DNA from: Auanema rhodensis
Taxonomy: Eukaryota; Animalia; Nematoda
Reading direction: 5' to 3'
Assembly: GCA_964057225.1 (NCBI GenBank)
Contig: OZ059896.1
Coordinates: 20,026,001-20,090,000, forward strand
Length of the DNA: 64,000 nucleotides
The notes below the pieces were generated by a model. The model saw only the letters and a list, made by a program, of their open reading frames with translations, was not told the origin of the DNA and ran no database searches. Made by a program: the position numbers and the translations under genes. This document shows positions 12,281 to 27,900 of this stretch, piece by piece (within the stretch, counting starts at the first letter, position 1; each line of letters opens with the position of its first letter).

Positions 12281-15200
12281 TACACTCAACATTGCTTCCA
12301 AAAACATTTTGACAAAAATTTTTTCGAAAAATTTCAAAATAATTTAGCAAAAAGTAGATGTTTTTAGATTCCATTTTTCAAGGCAAAGACGATAGACAAT
12401 GTTATTCAACGAAAAAATTAATTCTTCAGGGTGAAAATCGAGGATATAAGTGTGAACTTATATCAGTTGATATCTCGGTGCATTTTCAAGCTAGCGCAAA
12501 ACTGATAACACAGATCGACGCAGCTTAAAAATCCGCATCGAATGCACTATACTACATTGAGAAACGCTTAATACAAAAATTAGTTATGATCGTTTGAAAA
12601 ATGATGCATTAGTGTATGTTGAGTTTCCATGTACACTCAACATTGCTTCCAAAAACATTTTGACAAAACTTTTTCGAAAAATTTCAAAATAATTTAGCAA
12701 AAAGTAGATGTTTTTAGATTTCTTTTTTTAAGGCAAAAACGATGGACAATGTTATTCAACGAAAAAATTAGTTCTTCAGGGTGAAAATCGAGGATATAAG
12801 TGTGAACTTATATCAGTTGATATCTCGGTGCATTTTTAAGCTAGCGCAAATCTGATAACACAGATCGACGCAGCTTAAAAATCTGCATCGAATGCACTAT
12901 ACTACATCAAGAAACGCTTAATACAAAAATTAGTTATGATCGTTTGAAAAATGATGCATTAGTGTATGTTGAGTTTCCATGTACACTCAACATTGCTTCC
13001 AAAAACATTTTGACAAAAATTTTTTCGAAAAATTTCAAAATAATTTAGCAAAAAGTAGATGTTTTTAGATTCCATTTTTCAAGGCAAAGACGATAGACAA
13101 TGTTATTCAACGAAAAAATTAATTCTTCAGGGTGAAAATCGAGGATATAAGTGTGAACTTATATCAGTTGATATCTCGGTGCATTTTTAAGCTAGCGCAA
13201 ATCTGATAACACAGATCGACGCAGCTTAAAAATCCGCATCGAATGCACTATACTACATTGAGAAACGCTTAATACAAAAATTAGTTATGATCGTTTGAAA
13301 AATGATGCATTAGTGTATGTTGAGTTTCCATGTACACTCAACATTGCTTCCAAAAACATTTTGACAAAACTTTTTTCGAAAAATTTCAAAATAATTTAGC
13401 AAAAAGTAGATGTTTTTAGATTTCTTTTTTTAAGGCAAAAACGATGGACAATGTTATTCAACGAAAAAATTAGTTCTTCAGGGTGAAAATCGAGGATATA
13501 AGTGTGAACTTATATCAGTTGATATCTCGGTGCATTTTCAAGCTAGCGCAAATCTGATAACACAGATCGACGCAGCTTAAAAATCCGCATCGAATGCACT
13601 ATACTACATTGAGAAACGCTTAATACAAAAATTAGTTATGATCGTTTGAAAAATGATGCATTAGTGTATGTTGAGTTTCCATGTACACTCAACATTGCTT
13701 CCAAAAACATTTTGACAAAAATTTTTTCGAAAAATTTCGAAATAATCTAGCAAAAAGTAGATGTTTTTAGATTCCTTTTTTTAAGGCAAAAACGATGGAC
13801 AATGTTATTCAACGAAAAAATTAATTCTTCAGGGTGAAAATCGAGGATATAAGTGTGAACTTATATCAGTTGATATCTCGGTGCATTTTCAAGCTAGCGC
13901 AAATCTGATAACACAGATCGACGCAGCTTAAAAATCCGCATCGAATGCACTATACTACATTGAGAAACGCTTAATACAAAAATTAGTTATGATCGTTTGA
14001 AAAATGATGCATTAGTGTATGTTGAGTTTCCATGTACACTCAACATTGCTTCCAAAAACATTTTGACAAAAATTTTTTCGAAAAATTTCAAAATAATTTA
14101 GCAAAAAGTAGATGTTTTTAGATTCCTTTTTTTAAGGCAAAAACGATGGACAATGTTATTCAACGAAAAAATTAATTCTTCAGGGTGAAAATCGAGGATA
14201 TAAGTGTGAACTTATATCAGTTGATATCTCGGTGCATTTTCAAGCTAGCGCAAATCTGATAACACAGATCGACGCAGCTTAAAAATCCGCATCGAATGCA
14301 CTATACTACATTGAGAAACGCTTGATACAAAAATTAGTTATGATCGTTTGAAAAATGATGCATTAGTGTATGTTGAGTTTCCATGTACACTCAACATTGC
14401 TTCCAAAAACATTTTGACAAAAATTTTTTCGAAAAATTTCAAAATAATTTAGCAAAAAGTAGATGTTTTTAGATTCCATTTTTCAAGGCAAAGACGATAG
14501 ACAATGTTATTCAACGAAAAAATTAATTCTTCAGGGTGAAAATCGAGGATATAAGTGTGAACTTATATCAGTTGATATCTCGGTGCATTTTCAAGCTAGC
14601 GCAAATCTGATAACACAGATCGACGCAGCTTAAAAATCCGCATCGAATGCACTATACTACATTGAGAAACGCTTAATACAAAAATTAGTTATGATCGTTT
14701 GAAAAATGATGCATTAGTGTATGTTGAGTTTCCATGTACACTCAACATTGCTTCCAAAAACATTTTGACAAAACTTTTTCGAAAAATTTCAAAATAATTT
14801 AGCAAAAAGTAGATGTTTTTAGATTTCTTTTTTTAAGGCAAAAACGATGGACAATGTTATTCAACGAAAAAATTAGTTCTTCAGGGTGAAAATCGAGGAT
14901 ATAAGTGTGAACTTATATCAGTTGATATCTCGGTGCATTTTTAAGCTAGCGCAAATCTGATAACACAGATCGACGCAGCTTAAAAATCTGCATCGAATGC
15001 ACTATACTACATCAAGAAACGCTTAATACAAAAATTAGTTATGATCGTTTGAAAAATGATGCATTAGTGTATGTTGAGTTTCCATGTACACTCAACATTG
15101 CTTCCAAAAACATTTTGACAAAAATTTTTTCGAAAAATTTCAAAATAATTTAGCAAAAAGTAGATGTTTTTAGATTCCATTTTTCAAGGCAAAGACGATA

Positions 15201-18200
15201 GACAATGTTATTCAACGAAAAAATTAATTCTTCAGGGTGAAAATCGAGGATATAAGTGTGAACTTATATCAGTTGATATCTCGGTGCATTTTCAAGCTAG
15301 CGCAAATCTGATAACACAGATCGACGCAGCTTAAAAATCCGCATCGAATGCACTATACTACATTGAGAAACGCTTAATACAAAAATTAGTTATGATCGTT
15401 TGAAAAATGATGCATTAGTGTATGTTGAGTTTCCATGTACACTCAACATTGCTTCCAAAAACATTTTGACAAAACTTTTTTCGAAAAATTTCAAAATAAT
15501 TTAGCAAAAAGTAGATGTTTTTAGATTTCTTTTTTTAAGGCAAAAACGATGGACAATGTTATTCAACGAAAAAATTAATTCTTCAGGGTGAAAATCGAGG
15601 ATATAAGTGTGAACTTATATCAGTTGATATCTCGGTGCATTTTTAAGCTAGCGCAAATCTGATAACACAGATCGACGCAGCTTAAAAATCCGCATCGAAT
15701 GCACTATACTACATTGAGAAACGCTTAATACAAAAATTAGTTATGATCGTTTGAAAAATGATGCATTAGTGTATGTTGAGTTTCCATGTACACTCAACAT
15801 TGCTTCCAAAAACATTTTGACAAAAATTTTTTCGAAAAATTTCAAAATAATTTAGCAAAAAGTAGATGTTTTTAGATTCCATTTTTCAAGGCAAAGACGA
15901 TAGACAATGTTATTCAACGAAAAAATTAATTCTTCAGGGTGAAAATCGAGGATATAAGTGTGAACTTATATCAGTTGATATCTCGGTGCATTTTCAAGCT
16001 AGCGCAAATCTGATAACACAGATCGACGCAGCTTAAAAATCTGCATCGAATGCACTATACTACATCAAGAAACGCTTGTTACAAAAATTAGTTATGATCG
16101 TTTGAAAAATGATGCATTAGTGTATGTTGAGTTTCCATGTACACTCAACATTGCTTCCAAAAACATTTTGACAAAAATTTTTTCGAAAAATTTCAAAATA
16201 ATTTAGCAAAAAGTAGATGTTTTTAGATTCCATTTTTCAAGGCAAAGACGATAGACAGTGTTATTCAACGAAAAAATTAATTCTTCAGGGTGAAAATCGA
16301 GGATATAAGTGTGAACTTATATCAGTTGATATCTCGGTGCATTTTCAAGCTAGCGCAAATCTGATAACACAGATCGACGCAGCTTAAAAATCCGCATCGA
16401 ATGCACTATACTACATTGAGAAACGCTTAATACAAAAATTAGTTATGATCGTTTGAAAAATGATGCATTAGTGTATGTTGAGTTTCCATGTACACTCAAC
16501 ATTGCTTCCAAAAACATTTTGACAAAAATTTTTTCGAAAAATTTCGAAATAATCTAGCAAAAAGTAGATGTTTTTAGATTCCTTTTTTTAAGGCAAAAAC
16601 GATGGACAATGTTATTCAACGAAAAAATTAATTCTTCAGGGTGAAAATCGAGGATATAAGTGTGAACTTATATCAGTTGATATCTCGGTGCATTTTTAAG
16701 CTAGCGCAAATCTGATAACACAGATCGACGCAGCTTAAAAATCCGCATCGAATGCACTATACTACATTGAGAAACGCTTAATACAAAAATTAGTTATGAT
16801 CGTTTGAAAAATGATGCATTAGTGTATGTTGAGTTTCCATGTACACTCAACATTGCTTCCAAAAACATTTTGACAAAAATTTTTTCGAAAAATTTCAAAA
16901 TAATTTAGCAAAAAGTAGATGTTTTTAGATTCCATTTTTCAAGGCAAAGACGATAGACAATGTTATTCAACGAAAAAATTAATTCTTCAGGGTGAAAATC
17001 GAGGATATAAGTGTGAACTTATATCAGTTGATATCTCGGTGCATTTTCAAGCTAGCGCAAATCTGATAACACAGATCGACGCAGCTTAAAAATCCACATC
17101 GAATGCACTATACTACATTGAGAAACGCTTAATACAAAAATTAGTTATGATCGTTTGAAAAATGATGCATTAGTGTATGTTGAGTTTCCATGTACACTCA
17201 ACATTGCTTCCAAAAACATTTTGACAAAAATTTTTTCGAAAAATTTCAAAATAATTTAGCAAAAAGTAGATGTTTTTAGATTCCATTTTTCAAGGCAAAG
17301 ACGATAGACAGTGTTATTCAACGAAAAAATTAATTCTTCAGGGTGAAAATCGAGGATATAAGTGTGAACTTATATCAGTTGATATCTCGGTGCATTTTCA
17401 AGCTAGCGCAAATCTGATAACACAGATCGACGCAGCTTAAAAATCCGCATCGAATGCACTATACTACATTGAGAAACGCTTAATACAAAAATTAGTTATG
17501 ATCGTTTGAAAAATGATGCATTAGTGTATGTTGAGTTTCCATGTACACTCAACATTGCTTCCAAAAACATTTTGACAAAAATTTTTTCGAAAAATTTCAA
17601 AATAATTTAGCAAAAAGTAGATGTTTTTAGATTCCTTTTTTCAAGGCAAAGACGATGGACAATGTTATTCAACGAAAAAATTAATTCTTCAGGGTGAAAA
17701 TCGAGGATATAAGTGTGAACTTATATCAGTTGATATCTCGGTGCATTTTTAAGCTAGCGCAAATCTGATAACACAGATCGACGCAGCTTAAAAATCTGCA
17801 TCGAATGCACTATACTACATCAAGAAACGCTTGATACAAAAATTAGTTATGATCGTTTGAAAAATGATGCATTAGTGTATGTTGAGTTTCCATGTACACT
17901 CAACATTGCTTCCAAAAACATTTTGACAAAAATTTTTTCGAAAAATTTCAAAATAATTTAGCAAAAAGTAGATGTTTTTAGATTCCATTTTTCAAGGCAA
18001 AGACGATAGACAATGTTATTCAACGAAAAAATTAATTCTTCAGGGTGAAAATCGAGGATATAAGTGTGAACTTATATCAGTTGATATCTCGGTGCATTTT
18101 TAAGCTAGCGCAAATCTGATAACACAGATCGACGCAGCTTAAAAATCCACATCGAATGCACTATACTACATTGAGAAACGCTTAATACAAAAATTAGTTA

Positions 18201-21200
18201 TGATCGTTTGAAAAATGATGCATTAGTGTATGTTGAGTTTCCATGTACACTCAACATTGCTTCCAAAAACATTTTGACAAAAATTTTTTCGAAAAATTTC
18301 AAAATAATTTAGCAAAAAGTAGATGTTTTTAGATTCCTTTTTTCAAGGCAAAGACGATGGACAATGTTATTCAACGAAAAAATTAATTCTTCAGGGTGAA
18401 AATCGAGGATATAAGTGTGAACTTATATCAGTTGATATCTCGGTGCATTTTTAAGCTAGCGCAAATCTGATAACACAGATCGACGCAGCTTAAAAATCCG
18501 CATCGAATGCACTATACTACATTGAGAAACGCTCAATACAAAAATTAGTTATGATCGTTTGAAAAATGATGCATTAGTGTATGTTGAGTTTCCATGTACA
18601 CTCAACATTGCTTCCAAAAACATTTTGACAAAAATTTTTTCGAAAAATTTCAAAATAATTTAGCAAAAAGTAGATGTTTTTAGATTCCATTTTTTAAGGC
18701 AAAGACGATAGACAATGTTATTCAACGAAAAAATTAATTCTTCAGGGTGAAAATCGAGGATATAAGTGTGAACTTATATCAGTTGATATCTCGGTGCATT
18801 TTCAAGCTAGCGCAAATCTGATAACACAGATCGACGCAGCTTAAAAATCCGCATCGAATGCACTATACTACATTGAGAAACGCTTAATACAAAAATTAGT
18901 TATGATCGTTTGAAAAATGATGCATTAGTGTATGTTGAGTTTCCATGTACACTCAACATTGCTTCCAAAAACATTTTGACAAAAATTTTTTCGAAAAATT
19001 TCAAAATAATTTAGCAAAAAGTAGATGTTTTTAGATTCCATTTTTCAAGGCAAAGACGATAGACAATGTTATTCAACGAAAAAATTAATTCTTCAGGGTG
19101 AAAATCGAGGATATAAGTGTGAACTTATATCAGTTGATATCTCGGTGCATTTTTAAGCTAGCGCAAATCTGATAACACAGATCGACGCAGCTTAAAAATC
19201 CACATCGAATGCACTATACTACATTGAGAAACGCTTGATACAAAAATTAGTTATGATCGTTTGAAAAATGATGCATTAGTGTATGTTGAGTTTCCATGTA
19301 CACTCAACATTGCTTCCAAAAACATTTTGACAAAAATTTTTTCGAAAAATTTCAAAATAATTTAGCAAAAAGTAGATGTTTTTAGATTCCATTTTTCAAG
19401 GCAAAGACGATAGACAATGTTATTCAACGAAAAAATTAATTCTTCAGGGTGAAAATCGAGGATATAAGTGTGAACTTATATCAGTTGATATCTCGGTGCA
19501 TTTTTAAGCTAGCGCAAATCTGATAACACAGATCGACGCAGCTTAAAAATCCACATCGAATGCACTATACTACATTGAGAAACGCTTGATACAAAAATTA
19601 GTTATGATCGTTTGAAAAATGATGCATTAGTGTATGTTGAGTTTCCATGTACACTCAACATTGCTTCCAAAAACATTTTGACAAAAATTTTTTCGAAAAA
19701 TTTCAAAATAATTTAGCAAAAAGTAGATGTTTTTAGATTCCTTTTTTCAAGGCAAAGACGATGGACAATGTTATTCAACGAAAAAATTAATTCTTCAGGG
19801 TGAAAATCGAGGATATAAGTGTGAACTTATATCAGTTGATATCTCGGTGCATTTTTAAGCTAGCGCAAATCTGATAACACAGATCGACGCAGCTTAAAAA
19901 TCCGCATCGAATGCACTATACTACATTGAGAAACGCTTAATACAAAAATTAGTTATGATCGTTTGAAAAATGATGCATTAGTGTATGTTGAGTTTCCATG
20001 TACACTCAACATTGCTTCCAAAAACATTTTGACAAAAATTTTTTCGAAAAATTTCAAAATAATTTAGCAAAAAGTAGATGTTTTTAGATTCCATTTTTCA
20101 AGGCAAAGACGATAGACAATGTTATTCAACGAAAAAATTAATTCTTCAGGGTGAAAATCGAGGATATAAGTGTGAACTTATATCAGTTGATATCTCGGTG
20201 CATTTTTAAGCTAGCGCAAATCTGATAACACAGATCGACGCAGCTTAAAAATCCACATCGAATGCACTATACTACATTGAGAAACGCTTGATACAAAAAT
20301 TAGTTATGATCGTTTGAAAAATGATGCATTAGTGTATGTTGAGTTTCCATGTACACTCAACATTGCTTCCAAAAACATTTTGACAAAAATTTTTTCGAAA
20401 AATTTCAAAATAATTTAGCAAAAAGTAGATGTTTTTAGATTCCATTTTTCAAGGCAAAGACGATAGACAATGTTATTCAACGAAAAAATTAATTCTTCAG
20501 GGTGAAAATCGAGGATATAAGTGTGAACTTATATCAGTTGATATCTCGGTGCATTTTCAAGCTAGCGCAAATCTGATAACACAGATCGACGCAGCTTAAA
20601 AATCCGCATCGAATGCACTATACTACATTGAGAAACGCTTAATACAAAAATTAGTTATGATCGTTTGAAAAATGATGCATTAGTGTATGTTGAGTTTCCA
20701 TGTACACTCAACATTGCTTCCAAAAACATTTTGACAAAAATTTTTTCGAAAAATTTCAAAATAATTTAGCAAAAAGTAGATGTTTTTAGATTCCATTTTT
20801 CAAGGCAAAGACGATAGACAATGTTATTCAACGAAAAAATTAATTCTTCAGGGTGAAAATCGAGGATATAAGTGTGAACTTATATCAGTTGATATCTCGG
20901 TGCATTTTTAAGCTAGCGCAAATCTGATAACACAGATCGACGCAGCTTAAAAATCCACATCGAATGCACTATACTACATTGAGAAACGCTTGATACAAAA
21001 ATTAGTTATGATCGTTTGAAAAATGATGCATTAGTGTATGTTGAGTTTCCATGTACACTCAACATTGCTTCCAAAAACATTTTGACAAAACTTTTTTCGA
21101 AAAATTTCAAAATAATTTAGCAAAAAGTAGATGTTTTTAGATTTCTTTTTTTAAGGCAAAAACAATGGACAATGTTATTCAACGAAAAAATTAATTCTTC

Positions 21201-22106
21201 AGGGTGAAAATCGAGGATATAAGTGTGAACTTATATCAGTTGATATCTCGGTGCATTTTTAAGCTAGCGCAAATCTGATAACACAGATCGACGCAGCTTA
21301 AAAATCCGCATCGAATGCACTATACTACATTGAGAAACGCTTAATACAAAAATTAGTTATGATCGTTTGAAAAATGATGCATTAGTGTATGTTGAGTTTC
21401 CATGTACACTCAACATTGCTTCCAAAAACATTTTGACAAAAATTTTTTCGAAAAATTTCAAAATAATTTAGCAAAAAGTAGATGTTTTTAGATTCCATTT
21501 TTCAAGGCAAAGACGATAGACAATGTTATTCAACGAAAAAATTAATTCTTCAGGGTGAAAATCGAGGATATAAGTGTGAACTTATATCAGTTGATATCTC
21601 GGTGCATTTTCAAGCTAGCGCAAATCTGATAACACAGATCGACGCAGCTTAAAAATCCGCATCGAATGCACTATACTACATTGAGAAACGCTTAATACAA
21701 AAATTAGTTATGATCGTTTGAAAAATGATGCATTAGTGTATGTTGAGTTTCCATGTACACTCAACATTGCTTCCAAAAACATTTTGACAAAAATTTTTTC
21801 GAAAAATTTCAAAATAATTTAGCAAAAAGTAGATGTTTTTAGATTCCATTTTTCAAGGCAAAGACGATAGACAATGTTATTCAATGAAAAAATTAATTCT
21901 TCAGGGTGAAAATCGAGGATATAAGTGTGAACTTATATCAGTTGATATCTCGGTGCATTTTTAAGCTAGCGCAAATCTGATAACACAGATCGACGCAGCT
22001 TAAAAATCCACATCGAATGCACTATACTACATTGAGAAACGCTTGATACAAAAATTAGTTATGATCGTTTGAAAAATGATGCATTAGTGTATGTTGAGTT
22101 TCCATG

Positions 22107-24914
22107 TACACTCAACATTGCTTCCAAAAACATTTTGACAAAAATTTTTTCGAAAAATTTCAAAATAATTTAGCAAAAAGTAGATGTTTTTAGATTCCAT
22201 TTTTCAAGGCAAAGACGATAGACAATGTTATTCAACGAAAAAATTAATTCTTCAGGGTGAAAATCGAGGATATAAGTGTGAACTTATATCAGTTGATATC
22301 TCGGTGCATTTTTAAGCTAGCGCAAATCTGATAACACAGATCGACGCAGCTTAAAAATCCACATCGAATGCACTATACTACATTGAGAAACGCTTGATAC
22401 AAAAATTAGTTATGATCGTTTGAAAAATGATGCATTAGTGTATGTTGAGTTTCCATGTACACTCAACATTGCTTCCAAAAACATTTTGACAAAACTTTTT
22501 TCGAAAAATTTCAAAATAATTTAGCAAAAAGTAGATGTTTTTAGATTTCTTTTTTTAAGGCAAAAACAATGGACAATGTTATTCAACGAAAAAATTAATT
22601 CTTCAGGGTGAAAATCGAGGATATAAGTGTGAACTTATATCAGTTGATATCTCGGTGCATTTTTAAGCTAGCGCAAATCTGATAACACAGATCGACGCAG
22701 CTTAAAAATCCGCATCGAATGCACTATACTACATTGAGAAACGCTTAATACAAAAATTAGTTATGATCGTTTGAAAAATGATGCATTAGTGTATGTTGAG
22801 TTTCCATGTACACTCAACATTGCTTCCAAAAACATTTTGACAAAAATTTTTTCGAAAAATTTCAAAATAATTTAGCAAAAAGTAGATGTTTTTAGATTCC
22901 ATTTTTCAAGGCAAAGACGATAGACAATGTTATTCAACGAAAAAATTAATTCTTCAGGGTGAAAATCGAGGATATAAGTGTGAACTTATATCAGTTGATA
23001 TCTCGGTGCATTTTCAAGCTAGCGCAAATCTGATAACACAGATCGACGCAGCTTAAAAATCCGCATCGAATGCACTATACTACATTGAGAAACGCTTAAT
23101 ACAAAAATTAGTTATGATCGTTTGAAAAATGATGCATTAGTGTATGTTGAGTTTCCATGTACACTCAACATTGCTTCCAAAAACATTTTGACAAAACTTT
23201 TTTCGAAAAATTTCAAAATAATTTAGCAAAAAGTAGATGTTTTTAGATTTCTTTTTTTAAGGCAAAAACGATGGACAATGTTATTCAACGAAAAAATTAG
23301 TTCTTCAGGGTGAAAATCGAGGATATAAGTGTGAACTTATATCAGTTGATATCTCGGTGCATTTTTAAGCTAGCGCAAATCTGATAACACAGATCGACGC
23401 AGCTTAAAAATCTGCATCGAATGCACTATACTACATCAAGAAACGCTTGTTACAAAAATTAGTTATGATCGTTTGAAAAATGATGCATTAGTGTATGTTG
23501 AGTTTCCATGTACACTCAACATTGCTTCCAAAAACATTTTGACAAAAATTTTTTCGAAAAATTTCAAAATAATTTAGCAAAAAGTAGATGTTTTTAGATT
23601 CCATTTTTCAAGGCAAAGACGATAGACAATGTTATTCAACGAAAAAATTAATTCTTCAGGGTGAAAATCGAGGATATAAGTGTGAACTTATATCAGTTGA
23701 TATCTCGGTGCATTTTTAAGCTAGCGCAAATCTGATAACACAGATCGACGCAGCTTAAAAATCCACATCGAATGCACTATACTACATTGAGAAACGCTTG
23801 ATACAAAAATTAGTTATGATCGTTTGAAAAATGATGCATTAGTGTATGTTGAGTTTCCATGTACACTCAACATTGCTTCCAAAAACATTTTGACAAAACT
23901 TTTTTCGAAAAATTTCAAAATAATTTAGCAAAAAGTAGATGTTTTTAGATTTCTTTTTTTAAGGCAAAAACAATGGACAATGTTATTCAACGAAAAAATT
24001 AATTCTTCAGGGTGAAAATCGAGGATATAAGTGTGAACTTATATCAGTTGATATCTCGGTGCATTTTTAAGCTAGCGCAAATCTGATAACACAGATCGAC
24101 GCAGCTTAAAAATCCGCATCGAATGCACTATACTACATTGAGAAACGCTTAATACAAAAATTAGTTATGATCGTTTGAAAAATGATGCATTAGTGTATGT
24201 TGAGTTTCCATGTACACTCAACATTGCTTCCAAAAACATTTTGACAAAAATTTTTTCGAAAAATTTCAAAATAATTTAGCAAAAAGTAGATGTTTTTAGA
24301 TTCCATTTTTCAAGGCAAAGACGATAGACAATGTTATTCAACGAAAAAATTAATTCTTCAGGGTGAAAATCGAGGATATAAGTGTGAACTTATATCAGTT
24401 GATATCTCGGTGCATTTTCAAGCTAGCGCAAATCTGATAACACAGATCGACGCAGCTTAAAAATCCGCATCGAATGCACTATACTACATTGAGAAACGCT
24501 TAATACAAAAATTAGTTATGATCGTTTGAAAAATGATGCATTAGTGTATGTTGAGTTTCCATGTACACTCAACATTGCTTCCAAAAACATTTTGACAAAA
24601 CTTTTTTCGAAAAATTTCAAAATAATTTAGCAAAAAGTAGATGTTTTTAGATTTCTTTTTTTAAGGCAAAAACGATGGACAATGTTATTCAACGAAAAAA
24701 TTAGTTCTTCAGGGTGAAAATCGAGGATATAAGTGTGAACTTATATCAGTTGATATCTCGGTGCATTTTTAAGCTAGCGCAAATCTGATAACACAGATCG
24801 ACGCAGCTTAAAAATCTGCATCGAATGCACTATACTACATCAAGAAACGCTTGTTACAAAAATTAGTTATGATCGTTTGAAAAATGATGCATTAGTGTAT
24901 GTTGAGTTTCCATG
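22107..24914. repeat. Tandem duplication of a 4-monomer unit (1404 bp x 2)
   Basis: Order [G255A+A290G], [A38C,C91T,G111A], [plain], [A38C,C91T,A141G,C254T,TG>CA,AA290-291GT] starts at 22107 and again at 23511. Confidence 0.85.
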
Positions 24915-27900
24915 TACACTCAACATTGCTTCCAAAAACATTTTGACAAAAATTTTTTCGAAAAATTTCAAAATAATTTAGCAAAAAGTAGATGTTTTTA
25001 GATTCCATTTTTCAAGGCAAAGACGATAGACAATGTTATTCAACGAAAAAATTAATTCTTCAGGGTGAAAATCGAGGATATAAGTGTGAACTTATATCAG
25101 TTGATATCTCGGTGCATTTTTAAGCTAGCGCAAATCTGATAACACAGATCGACGCAGCTTAAAAATCCACATCGAATGCACTATACTACATTGAGAAACG
25201 CTTGATACAAAAATTAGTTATGATCGTTTGAAAAATGATGCATTAGTGTATGTTGAGTTTCCATGTACACTCAACATTGCTTCCAAAAACATTTTGACAA
25301 AAATTTTTTCGAAAAATTTCAAAATAATTTAGCGAAAAGTAGATGTTTTTAGATTCCTTTTTTCAAGGCAAAGACGATGGACAATGTTATTCAACGAAAA
25401 AATTAATTCTTCAGGGTGAAAATCGAGGATATAAGTGTGAACTTATATCAGTTGATATCTCGGTGCATTTTTAAGCTAGCGCAAATCTGATAACACAGAT
25501 CGGCGCAGCTTAAAATCCGCATCGAATGCACTATACTACATTGAGAAACGCTTGATACAAAAATTAGTTATGATCGTTTGAAAAATGATGCATTAGTGTA
25601 TGTTGAGTTTCCATGTACACTCAACATTGCTTCCAAAAACATTTTGACAAAAATTTTTTCGAAAAATTTCAAAATAATTTAGCAAAAAGTAGATGTTTTT
25701 AGATTCCATTTTTCAAGGCAAAGACGATAGACAATGTTATTCAACGAAAAAATTAATTCTTCAGGGTGAAAATCGAGGATATAAGTGTGAACTTATATCA
25801 GTTGATATCTCGGTGCATTTTCAAGCTAGCGCAAATCTGATAACACAGATCGACGCAGCTTAAAAATCCGCATCGAATGCACTATACTACATTGAGAAAC
25901 GCTTGATACAAAAATTAGTTATGATCGTTTGAAAAATGATGCATTAGTGTATGTTGAGTTTCCATGTACACTCAACATTGCTTCCAAAAACATTTTGACA
26001 AAAATTTTTTCGAAAAATTTCAAAATAATTTAGCAAAAAGTAGATGTTTTTAGATTCCTTTTTTTAAGGCAAAGACGATAGACAATGTTATTCAACGAAA
26101 AAATTAATTCTTCAGGGTGAAAATCGAGGATATAAGTGTGAACTTATATCAGTTGATATCTCGGTGCATTTTCAAGCTAGCGCAAATCTGATAACACAGA
26201 TCGACGCAGCTTAAAAATCCGCATCGAATGCACTATACTACATTGAGAAACGCTTGATACAAAAATTAGTTATGATCGTTTGAAAAATGATGCATTAGTG
26301 TATGTTGAGTTTCCATGTACACTCAACATTGCTTCCAAAAACATTTTGACAAAAATTTTTTCGAAAAATTTCAAAATAATTTAGCAAAAAGTAGATGTTT
26401 TTAGATTCCATTTTTCAAGGCAAAGACGATAGACAATGTTATTCAACGAAAAAATTAATTCTTCAGGGTGAAAATCGAGGATATAAGTGTGAACTTATAT
26501 CAGTTGATATCTCGGTGCATTTTCAAGCTAGCGCAAATCTGATAACACAGATCGACGCAGCTTAAAAATCCGCATCGAATGCACTATACTACATTGAGAA
26601 ACGCTTGATACAAAAATTAGTTATGATCGTTTGAAAAATGATGCATTAGTGTATGTTGAGTTTCCATGTACACTCAACATTGCTTCCAAAAACATTTTGA
26701 CAAAAATTTTTTCGAAAAATTTCAAAATAATTTAGCAAAAAGTAGATGTTTTTAGATTCCATTTTTCAAGGCAAAGACGATAGACAATGTTATTCAACGA
26801 AAAAATTAATTCTTCAGGGTGAAAATCGAGGATATAAGTGTGAACTTATATCAGTTGATATCTCGGTGCATTTTCAAGCTAGCGCAAATCTGATAACACA
26901 GATCGACGCAGCTTAAAAATCCGCATCGAATGCACTATACTACATTGAGAAACGCTTAATACAAAAATTAGTTATGATCGTTTGAAAAATGATGCATTAG
27001 TGTATGTTGAGTTTCCATGTACACTCAACATTGCTTCCAAAAACATTTTGACAAAAATTTTTTCGAAAAATTTCAAAATAATTTAGCAAAAAGTAGATGT
27101 TTTTAGATTCCATTTTTCAAGGCAAAGACGATAGACAATGTTATTCAACGAAAAAATTAATTCTTCAGGGTGAAAATCGAGGATATAAGTGTGAACTTAT
27201 ATCAGTTGATATCTCGGTGCATTTTCAAGCTAGCGCAAATCTGATAACACAGATCGACGCAGCTTAAAAATCCGCATCGAATGCACTATACTACATTGAG
27301 AAACGCTTGATACAAAAATTAGTTATGATCGTTTGAAAAATGATGCATTAGTGTATGTTGAGTTTCCATGTACACTCAACATTGCTTCCAAAAACATTTT
27401 GACAAAAATTTTTTCGAAAAATTTCAAAATAATTTAGCAAAAAGTAGATGTTTTTAGATTCCATTTTTCAAGGCAAAGACGATAGACAATGTTATTCAAC
27501 GAAAAAATTAATTCTTCAGGGTGAAAATCGAGGATATAAGTGTGAACTTATATCAGTTGATATCTCGGTGCATTTTCAAGCTAGCGCAAATCTGATAACA
27601 CAGATCGACGCAGCTTAAAAATCCGCATCGAATGCACTATACTACATTGAGAAACGCTTGATACAAAAATTAGTTATGATCGTTTGAAAAATGATGCATT
27701 AGTGTATGTTGAGTTTCCATGTACACTCAACATTGCTTCCAAAAACATTTTGACAAAAATTTTTTCGAAAAATTTCAAAATAATTTAGCAAAAAGTAGAT
27801 GTTTTTAGATTCCTTTTTTTAAGGCAAAGACGATAGACAATGTTATTCAACGAAAAAATTAATTCTTCAGGGTGAAAATCGAGGATATAAGTGTGAACTT